A stretch of DNA of 64,000 nt from Escherichia coli. Lineage in GTDB: Bacteria > Pseudomonadota > Gammaproteobacteria > Enterobacterales > Enterobacteriaceae. Location: NCBI RefSeq assembly GCF_022846255.1, contig NZ_AP025682.1. One strand, written 5' to 3'. The position numbers and the translations under genes were made by a program. The notes under the pieces were generated by a model that worked only from the letters and a program-made list of their open reading frames with translations, was not told the DNA's origin and ran no database searches. This document shows positions 32,314-41,988 of this stretch, one piece after another. Every line of letters starts with the position of its first letter. Position 1 is the stretch's first letter.

Positions 32314-32736
32314 TCATTCGATAGTCTCAAAATATTCCACCTGCAGAGAATCACGGTGCTCAATGATGCAATAACGCTGGAAATTATTTGCATAATCACT
32401 TTTATCATGAAAAAACCATATACAATCGTTTTGTAGACTCGGTCCCATTCTTTTCAAAAAATCTATTAGCTTTGCTTTCTGAAGAAAAATGTTATCTATA
32501 TTTCGCCATGTAACAATCACTCTTGTTTGCATATCATCAACATTATAGTAATAGCTATACTCGGCTACGTTTGATATGTTTGGCAAATTTCGCAAACTCT
32601 CTGGCGTATAAAGGAAAAATGGGGAAAGTTCATGCTGTGTATAGTGATGTTCCTTTGACATCAATGAGATATAAGCATAGAAAAATATAAAGAATAAAAC
32701 TAAAAATGATAATAAAATATAAATATATTTTGACAT
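32314..32736 (-). CDS. Hypothetical membrane-anchored protein, 140 aa (insertion gene B; candidate partner/immunity protein)
   Basis: Track ORF; N-terminal about 21-residue hydrophobic segment YIYILLSFLVLFFIFFYAYISL; ATG 6 nt after the gene A stop (translational coupling); AT-rich codon usage. Confidence 0.7.
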   Translation of the reverse strand: MSKYIYILLSFLVLFFIFFYAYISLMSKEHHYTQHELSPFFLYTPESLRNLPNISNVAEYSYYYNVDDMQTRVIVTWRNIDNIFLQKAKLIDFLKRMGPSLQNDCIWFFHDKSDYANNFQRYCIIEHRDSLQVEYFETIE

Positions 32737-32742
32737 CTCTAC

Positions 32743-33591
32743 TCACGACCTGTGCGGATAATGAGGGTTTAAGAAAAGAAAAAGCGGTCTTTCAAAGGGA
32801 GATTCTGAAAACTTTATAGCTCCCGAACTTGATAATGAACTATACAACTCATGATTTATTCTGTTTTTATCTTTATAATAATTAGTAACAGGTCTATTAT
32901 TATATTGATTATATAACAATGTTGAAAAAGACTCATCTAATGGCTTTATATAATTTAACCATTCTGGAAGCTTCTTTTTTATTAGTTGATTTTTTTTAAA
33001 AGGAGGATGGGTTGTAAATAAGAATGGCGTAAACTCAGTATTTTTAAAATTCCCTGGCGCTCCATATGTATCCCATATTTGTAAGGCTTTTGTGTAAGAT
33101 AAAGGTTTTGCCAATAAAAGTGGATCGGGGCCTGTTCCAAATACACGATAAAAACCAATCAAGTCTGAGACTAAATCTTCTGCACTAAATCCGCTATCAG
33201 TATACCAGTTAAAAATAAATGAGTTTTGCCATGCTTCAAACCTCTTCGCAGTTCCATACATTAACGTTAAGGCAACTCTTGCTTTAAGAGTGGGTGAAAG
33301 ACATGAACGAACCATAACCTTCGTATAAACACCGGTATGAAATGTAAGATCTACTCCTAATATTTTTTTCCGAATTCCCATTTCCTGATGATAATCAACA
33401 GGAAAATACCAATCATGAAATTCATCGTAATATGTTGAAAAATGTTCTTGCTCCAATTTTCTTTTTAATATTCTGGCATCTTGTCCCTGAGCATGCCCCA
33501 AATCGATCCAACCTAACTCTTCGGTATAAACTAATCCATACTTTTTCGTTGTTGCAAATATTCCATCAGTAATATCGTTACGTTTTCTCAT
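32743..33591 (-). CDS. Hypothetical protein, 282 aa (insertion gene A), no family recognised
   Basis: Track ORF 32743..33594 (GTG) trimmed to adjacent ATG; strong Shine-Dalgarno GAGGGGAG 6 nt upstream; no signal peptide or TM segment; Asn/Tyr/Lys/Ser-rich C-terminal third. Confidence 0.7.
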   Translation of the reverse strand: MRKRNDITDGIFATTKKYGLVYTEELGWIDLGHAQGQDARILKRKLEQEHFSTYYDEFHDWYFPVDYHQEMGIRKKILGVDLTFHTGVYTKVMVRSCLSPTLKARVALTLMYGTAKRFEAWQNSFIFNWYTDSGFSAEDLVSDLIGFYRVFGTGPDPLLLAKPLSYTKALQIWDTYGAPGNFKNTEFTPFLFTTHPPFKKNQLIKKKLPEWLNYIKPLDESFSTLLYNQYNNRPVTNYYKDKNRINHELYSSLSSSGAIKFSESPFERPLFLFLNPHYPHRS

Positions 33592-34070
33592 CACAATCTC
33601 CCCTCAAAAAAAACGTATAGCAAATAATATCAATAAGGAAAAATATTATTTTTCAATATTTTTTTGTATACAATTCATTTTATGAATGAATTTACAAAGA
33701 TAGCTGCGCCTGATGCCGCTACACTTTTGCCAGACCATGTTCTCCTCTGAGGGAGTAACTGGCGTTTTTCATAGAATGCCGTACTTTTTTCAACAACTGC
33801 CACATCGAACGGCATTTATGGTGGCGTGAAGTGCCTGCCATAACCGCTCAATGTGGTGTTCCTACGATGAACAAACCGCTTGATATATTCTCCTGATGCA
33901 ACCGGACAATATGTTCATGATGGGTATCCCGATACATAAGCCTTCGTTTTATTTTTACAAAAAGAAATCGTTGTCGATATTTTATCAAGAAAAAAAATAA
34001 TTCAGGTAAAACGATTCAACTAAAAATAACTAAAATTAATCCCCCGTGAAATATATAAATAACGTCAGAT

Positions 34071-34104
34071 GAAGAAAGCAAGGGGGTTCCCCCCCTTCTT
34101 TCTT
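34071..34104. terminator. Near-palindromic G5/C7 hairpin immediately 3' of the truncated araC stop (candidate terminator, possibly bidirectional)
   Basis: GAAGAAAGCAAGGGGGTTCCCCCCCTTCTTTCTT read directly; followed by a T-rich tract on the plus strand. Confidence 0.45.
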
Positions 34105-34105
34105 A

Positions 34106-34951
34106 TTATTCACAACCTGCCCTAAACTCGCTCGGACTCGCCCCGGTGCATTTTTTAAATACTCGCGAGAAATAGAGTTGATCATCAAAACCGACATTGC
34201 GACCGACGGTGGCGATAGGCATCCGGGTGGTGCTCAAAAGCAGCTTCGCCTGACTGATGCGCTGGTCCTCGCGCCAGCTTAATACGCTAATCCCTAACTG
34301 CTGGCGGAACAAATGCGACAGACGCGACGGCGACAGGCAGACATGCTGTGCGACGCTGGCGATATCAAAATTACTGTCTGCCAGGTGATCGCTGATGTAC
34401 TGACAAGCCTCGCGTACCCGATTATCCATCGGTGGATGGAGCGACTCGTTAATCGCTTCCATGCGCCGCAGTAACAATTGCTCAAGCAGATTTATCGCCA
34501 GCAATTCCGAATAGCGCCCTTCCCCTTGTCCGGCATTAATGATTTGCCCAAACAGGTCGCTGAAATGCGGCTGGTGCGCTTCATCCGGGCGAAAGAAACC
34601 GGTATTGGCAAATATCGACGGCCAGTTAAGCCATTCATGCCAGTAGGCGCGCGGACGAAAGTAAACCCACTGGTGATACCATTCGTGAGCCTCCGGATGA
34701 CGACCGTAGTGATGAATCTCTCCAGGCGGGAACAGCAAAATATCACCCGGTCGGCAGACAAATTCTCGTCCCTGATTTTTCACCACCCCCTGGCCGCGTA
34801 TGGTGAGATTGAGAATATAACCTTTCATTCCCAGCGGTCGGTCGATAAAAAAATCGAGATAACCGTTGGCCTCAATCGGCGTTAAACCCGCCACCAGATG
34901 GGCGTTAAACGAGTATCCCGGCAGCAGGGGATCATTTTGCGCTTCAGCCAT
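34106..34951 (-). CDS. araC: Arabinose operon regulator AraC, C-terminally shortened (281 aa; ends ...EFRAGCE*)
   Basis: Track ORF 34106..35002 trimmed to [23 protein letters not shown]...; matches AraC throughout but stops 11 codons early at TAATAA where the AT-rich insertion begins. Confidence 0.92.
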   Translation of the reverse strand: MAEAQNDPLLPGYSFNAHLVAGLTPIEANGYLDFFIDRPLGMKGYILNLTIRGQGVVKNQGREFVCRPGDILLFPPGEIHHYGRHPEAHEWYHQWVYFRPRAYWHEWLNWPSIFANTGFFRPDEAHQPHFSDLFGQIINAGQGEGRYSELLAINLLEQLLLRRMEAINESLHPPMDNRVREACQYISDHLADSNFDIASVAQHVCLSPSRLSHLFRQQLGISVLSWREDQRISQAKLLLSTTRMPIATVGRNVGFDDQLYFSRVFKKCTGASPSEFRAGCE

Positions 34952-36990
<2,039 letters not shown>

Positions 36991-37000
36991 GGACACGACA

Positions 37001-38503
37001 ATGACGATTTTTGATAATTATGAAGTGTGGTTTGTAATTGGCAGCCAGCATCTTTACGGCCCGGAGACTCTGCGCCAGGTGACGCAACATGCGGAACACG
37101 TTGTTAATGCACTGAATACAGAAGCGAAGTTGCCCTGCAAACTGGTGCTGAAACCGCTGGGCACCACGCCGGATGAAATCACCGCTATTTGCCGCGACGC
37201 GAATTACGACGATCGTTGCGCCGGGCTGGTAGTGTGGCTGCACACTTTCTCCCCGGCCAAAATGTGGATCAACGGCCTGACCATGCTCAACAAACCGTTG
37301 CTGCAATTCCACACCCAGTTCAACGCGGCGCTGCCGTGGGACAGCATCGACATGGACTTTATGAACCTGAACCAGACCGCGCATGGCGGTCGCGAGTTCG
37401 GCTTCATCGGCGCGCGTATGCGTCAACAACATGCCGTCGTTACCGGTCACTGGCAGGATAAACAAGCACATGAGCGTATCGGCTCCTGGATGCGTCAGGC
37501 GGTCTCTAAACAGGATACCCGTCATCTGAAAGTCTGCCGTTTTGGCGATAACATGCGTGAAGTAGCGGTCACCGATGGCGATAAAGTTGCCGCACAGATC
37601 AAGTTCGGTTTCTCCGTCAATACCTGGGCGGTTGGCGATCTGGTGCAGGTGGTGAACTCCATCAGCGACGGCGATGTTAACGCGCTGGTCGATGAGTACG
37701 AAAGCTGCTACACCATGACACCTGCCACACAAATCCACGGCGAAAAACGACAGAACGTGCTGGAAGCGGCGCGTATTGAGCTGGGGATGAAGCGTTTCCT
37801 GGAACAAGGTGGCTTCCACGCTTTCACTACTACCTTTGAAGATTTGCACGGCCTGAAACAGCTTCCGGGTCTGGCCGTACAGCGTCTGATGCAGCAGGGC
37901 TACGGCTTTGCGGGCGAAGGCGACTGGAAAACTGCCGCCCTGCTTCGCATCATGAAGGTGATGTCAACCGGTCTGCAGGGCGGCACCTCCTTTATGGAGG
38001 ACTACACCTATCACTTCGAGAAAGGTAATGACCTGGTACTCGGCTCCCATATGCTGGAAGTCTGTCCGTCGATCGCTGTGGAAGAGAAACCGATCCTCGA
38101 CGTTCAGCATCTCGGTATTGGCGGTAAAGACGATCCTGCCCGCCTGATCTTCAACACTCAAACCGGTCCAGCCATTGTCGCCAGCCTGATTGATCTCGGC
38201 GATCGTTACCGTCTGCTGGTTAACTGCATCGACACGGTGAAAACACCGCACTCCCTGCCGAAACTGCCGGTGGCGAATGCGCTGTGGAAAGCGCAACCGG
38301 ATCTACCAACCGCTTCCGAAGCGTGGATCCTTGCTGGTGGCGCGCACCATACCGTCTTCAGCCATGCGCTGAACCTCAACGATATGCGCCAGTTTGCCGA
38401 GATGCACGACATTGAAATCACGGTGATTGATAACGACACCCGCCTGCCAGCGTTTAAAGACGCGCTGCGCTGGAACGAAGTGTATTACGGGTTTCGTCGC
38501 TAA
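37001..38503 (+). CDS. araA: L-arabinose isomerase
   Basis: Track ORF, 500 aa, [24 protein letters not shown]... Confidence 0.97.
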
Positions 38504-38525
38504 GTAGCCGCATCAGGTATGTAAC

Positions 38526-38689
38526 GCCTGATGCGACGCTGACGCGTCTTATCAGGCCTACACGCTGCGATTTTGTAGGCCGGATAAGCAAAGCGCATCC
38601 GGCATTCACCGCCTGATGCGACGCCGACGCGTCTTATCAGGCCTACACGCTGCGATTTTGTAGGCCGGATAAGCAAAGCGCATCCGGCA
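38526..38689. repeat. Tandem BIME: two copies of a 79-bp unit, each containing two REP palindromes, in the araA-araD spacer
   Basis: Unit GCCTGATGCGACGC(T/C)GACGCGTCTTATCAGGCCTACACGCTGCGATTTTGTAGGCCGGATAAGCAAAGCGCATCCGGCA at 38526-38604 and 38611-38689 (1 mismatch). Confidence 0.85.
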
Positions 38690-38702
38690 CGAAGGAGTCA
38701 AC

Positions 38703-39398
38703 ATGTTAGAAGATCTCAAACGCCAGGTATTAGAAGCCAACCTGGCGCTGCCAAAACACAACCTGGTCACGCTCACCTGGGGCAATGTCAGCGCCGTTGA
38801 TCGCGGGCGCGGCGTCCTGGTGATCAAACCTTCCGGCGTCGACTACAGCATCATGACCGCTGACGATATGGTCGTGGTCAGCATCGAAACCGGTGAAGTG
38901 GTTGAAGGTACGAAAAAGCCCTCCTCCGACACGCCAACTCACCGGCTGCTCTATCAGGCATTCCCGTCTATTGGCGGCATTGTGCACACACACTCGCGCC
39001 ACGCCACCATCTGGGCGCAGGCGGGTCAGTCGATTCCAGCAACCGGTACCACCCACGCCGACTATTTCTACGGCACCATTCCCTGCACCCGCAAAATGAC
39101 CGACGCAGAAATCAACGGTGAATATGAGTGGGAAACCGGTAACGTCATCGTAGAAACCTTCGAAAAACAGGGTATCGATGCAGCGCAAATGCCCGGCGTG
39201 CTGGTCCATTCTCACGGCCCGTTTGCATGGGGCAAAAATGCCGAAGATGCGGTGCACAACGCCATCGTGCTGGAAGAAGTCGCTTATATGGGGATTTTCT
39301 GCCGCCAGCTTGCTCCGCAGTTACCGGATATGCAGCAAACGTTGCTGGATAAGCACTATCTGCGTAAGCATGGCGCAAAAGCCTATTACGGCCAGTAA
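38703..39398 (+). CDS. araD: L-ribulose-5-phosphate 4-epimerase
   Basis: Track ORF, 231 aa, [30 protein letters not shown]...; AGGAG SD upstream. Confidence 0.97.
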   Translation: MLEDLKRQVLEANLALPKHNLVTLTWGNVSAVDRGRGVLVIKPSGVDYSIMTADDMVVVSIETGEVVEGTKKPSSDTPTHRLLYQAFPSIGGIVHTHSRHATIWAQAGQSIPATGTTHADYFYGTIPCTRKMTDAEINGEYEWETGNVIVETFEKQGIDAAQMPGVLVHSHGPFAWGKNAEDAVHNAIVLEEVAYMGIFCRQLAPQLPDMQQTLLDKHYLRKHGAKAYYGQ

Positions 39399-39402
39399 TG
39401 AC

Positions 39403-39418
39403 TGTATAAAACCACAGC
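39403..39418 (+). promoter_or_regulatory. LexA (SOS) box upstream of polB
   Basis: CTGTATAAAACCACAG fits CTGT-N8-ACAG; about 55 nt upstream of the polB GTG start. Confidence 0.75.
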
Positions 39419-39427
39419 CAGTCAACC

Positions 39428-39460
39428 AAAACCAGGCTATACTCAAGCCTGGTTTTTTAT
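39428..39460 (+). terminator. Hairpin plus T-run between araD and polB (candidate araBAD terminator)
   Basis: AACCAGGCTatactcaAGCCTGGTT followed by TTTTTTATT. Confidence 0.55.
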
Positions 39461-39472
39461 TGGATTTTCAGC

Positions 39473-41824
39473 GTGGCGCAGGCAGGTTTTATCTTAACCC
39501 GACACTGGCGGGACACCCCACAAGGGACCGAAGTTTCCTTCTGGCTGGCAACAGACAACGGGCCGTTGCAGGTTACGCTTGCGCCGCAAGAGTCCGTGGC
39601 ATTTATTCCCGCCGATCATGTTCCCCGCGCTCAGCATATTTTGCAGGGTGAACAAGGCTTTCGCCTGACGCCGCTGGCGTTAAAAGATTTTCACCGCCAG
39701 CCGGTGTATGGCCTTTACTGTCGCGCCCATCGCCAGTTGATGAATTACGAAAAGCGCCTGCGTGAAGGTGGCGTTACCGTCTACGAGGCCGATGTGCGCC
39801 CGCCAGAACGCTATCTGATGGAGCGGTTTATCACCTCGCCAGTGTGGGTCGAGGGTGATATGCGCAACGGCGCTATCGTTAATGCCCGTCTGAAACCGCA
39901 TCCCGACTATCGTCCGCCGCTCAAGTGGGTTTCTATTGATATTGAAACCACCCGCCACGGTGAGCTGTACTGCATCGGCCTGGAAGGTTGCGGGCAGCGT
40001 ATCGTTTATATGCTGGGGCCAGAGAATGGCGACGCCTCCGCGCTCGATTTTGAACTGGAATACGTCGCCAGCCGCCCGCTGCTACTGGAAAAACTTAACG
40101 CCTGGTTTGCGACTCATGATCCTGATGTGATCATCGGTTGGAACGTGGTGCAGTTCGATCTGCGAATGCTGCAAAAACATGCCGAGCGTTACCGTATTCC
40201 GCTGCGTCTGGGGCGTGATAACAGCGAGCTGGAGTGGCGCGAGCACGGCTTTAAAAACGGCGTATTTTTTGCTCAGGCCAAAGGGCGACTGATTATCGAC
40301 GGTATCGAGGCGCTGAAATCCGCGTTCTGGAATTTCTCTTCATTCTCGCTGGAAACCGTCGCTCAGGAGTTATTAGGCGAAGGAAAATCTATCGATAACC
40401 CGTGGGATCGAATGGACGAAATTGACCGCCGTTTCGCCGAAGATAAGCCTGCGCTGGCAACTTATAACCTGAAAGATTGCGAGCTGGTGACGCAGATCTT
40501 CCACAAAACTGAAATCATGCCGTTTTTGCTCGAACGGGCGACGGTGAACGGCCTGCCGGTAGATCGACACGGCGGTTCGGTGGCAGCGTTTGGTCATCTC
40601 TATTTTCCCCGTATGCATCGCGCTGGTTATGTCGCGCCTAATCTCGGCGAAGTGCCGCCGCACGCCAGCCCTGGCGGCTACGTGATGGATTCGCGACCTG
40701 GGCTTTATGATTCGGTGCTGGTGCTGGACTACAAAAGCCTGTACCCGTCGATCATCCGCACCTTTCTGATTGATCCCGTCGGACTGGTGGAAGGCATGGC
40801 GCAGCCTGATCCAGAGCACAGTACCGAAGGTTTTCTCGATGCCTGGTTCTCACGGGAGAAACATTGCCTGCCGGAGATTGTGACTAACATCTGGCACGGG
40901 CGCGATGAAGCCAAACGTCAGAGTAATAAGCCGCTTTCGCAGGCGCTGAAGATCATTATGAATGCCTTTTATGGTGTGCTCGGCACCACCGCCTGCCGTT
41001 TCTTCGATCCACGCCTGGCATCGTCGATCACCATGCGTGGTCATCAGATCATGCGGCAAACCAAAACGTTGATTGAAGCGCAGGGCTATGATGTTATCTA
41101 CGGCGATACCGACTCAACGTTTGTCTGGCTGAAAGGTGCACATTCGGAAGAAGAAGCAGCGAAAATCGGTCGTGCACTGGTGCAGCACGTTAACGCCTGG
41201 TGGGCGGAAACGCTGCAAAAACAACGGCTGACCAGCGCACTGGAACTGGAGTATGAAACCCATTTCTGCCGTTTTCTGATGCCAACCATTCGCGGGGCCG
41301 ATACCGGCAGCAAAAAGCGCTACGCCGGACTGATTCAGGAGGGCGACAAACAGCGGATGGTGTTTAAAGGGCTGGAAACCGTGCGCACCGACTGGACGCC
41401 GCTGGCCCAGCAGTTTCAGCAGGAGCTGTACCTGCGTATCTTCCGCAACGAGCCATATCAGGAATACGTGCGCGAAACCATCGACAAGCTGATGGCGGGC
41501 GAACTGGACACGCAGCTGGTTTACCGTAAACGCCTTCGCCGTCCTCTGAGCGAATATCAGCGTAATGTTCCGCCTCATGTACGCGCCGCTCGCCTTGCCG
41601 ATGAAGAAAACCATAAGCGCGGTCGCCCCTTGCAATATCAGAACCGCGGCACCATTAAGTACGTATGGACCACCAACGGCCCGGAGCCGCTGGACTACCA
41701 ACGTTCACCACTGGATTACGAACACTATCTGACCCGCCAGCTACAACCCGTGGCGGAGGGAATACTCCCTTTTATTGAGGATAATTTTGCTACACTTATG
41801 ACCGGGCAACTTGGGCTATTTTGA
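39473..41824 (+). CDS. polB: DNA polymerase II
   Basis: Track ORF, 783 aa, GTG start, [21 protein letters not shown]...; B-family polymerase motifs (YGDTDS). Confidence 0.97.
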   Translation: MAQAGFILTRHWRDTPQGTEVSFWLATDNGPLQVTLAPQESVAFIPADHVPRAQHILQGEQGFRLTPLALKDFHRQPVYGLYCRAHRQLMNYEKRLREGGVTVYEADVRPPERYLMERFITSPVWVEGDMRNGAIVNARLKPHPDYRPPLKWVSIDIETTRHGELYCIGLEGCGQRIVYMLGPENGDASALDFELEYVASRPLLLEKLNAWFATHDPDVIIGWNVVQFDLRMLQKHAERYRIPLRLGRDNSELEWREHGFKNGVFFAQAKGRLIIDGIEALKSAFWNFSSFSLETVAQELLGEGKSIDNPWDRMDEIDRRFAEDKPALATYNLKDCELVTQIFHKTEIMPFLLERATVNGLPVDRHGGSVAAFGHLYFPRMHRAGYVAPNLGEVPPHASPGGYVMDSRPGLYDSVLVLDYKSLYPSIIRTFLIDPVGLVEGMAQPDPEHSTEGFLDAWFSREKHCLPEIVTNIWHGRDEAKRQSNKPLSQALKIIMNAFYGVLGTTACRFFDPRLASSITMRGHQIMRQTKTLIEAQGYDVIYGDTDSTFVWLKGAHSEEEAAKIGRALVQHVNAWWAETLQKQRLTSALELEYETHFCRFLMPTIRGADTGSKKRYAGLIQEGDKQRMVFKGLETVRTDWTPLAQQFQQELYLRIFRNEPYQEYVRETIDKLMAGELDTQLVYRKRLRRPLSEYQRNVPPHVRAARLADEENHKRGRPLQYQNRGTIKYVWTTNGPEPLDYQRSPLDYEHYLTRQLQPVAEGILPFIEDNFATLMTGQLGLF

Positions 41825-41988
41825 GCAAAAAAAAGAGTTCGCCAGATACCATTTTGATGCGTGACGAATGCTTTGCCATCCAGTACCATAGCGCCCTTTC
41901 CATTCCTGGACCTGAATAACACCACTACCTCATAAGCACGGTAGCGGGTGGTTATTGCCTGCAATTAAAGATATAGAGCCGAACACAT

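Larger units (their letters stand above)
32293..34108. other. AT-rich roughly 1.8-kb insertion between araC and yabI carrying a two-gene operon (not present in the K-12 arrangement as recalled)
   Basis: Base composition visibly AT-rich compared with flanks (by eye, not computed); bounded by an imperfect direct repeat TTCACAACC(G/T)GC at 32281-32292 and 34109-34120; no integrase or transposase ORF inside. Confidence 0.75.

Noticed and set aside
33700-33830. Roughly 38-codon plus-strand ORF (MPLHFCQTMFSSEGVTGVFHRMPYFFQQLPHRTAFMVA) in the insertion leader
   Set aside because: Short, no obvious SD, antisense to the likely gene A promoter region; noted only as a hint that this segment may be a decayed coding remnant
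32293-34108. Calling the araC-yabI insertion an IS element, integron cassette or prophage remnant
   Set aside because: No transposase, integrase, attC-like site or terminal inverted repeats were found; only a short direct repeat; left as an insertion of unknown mobility mechanism
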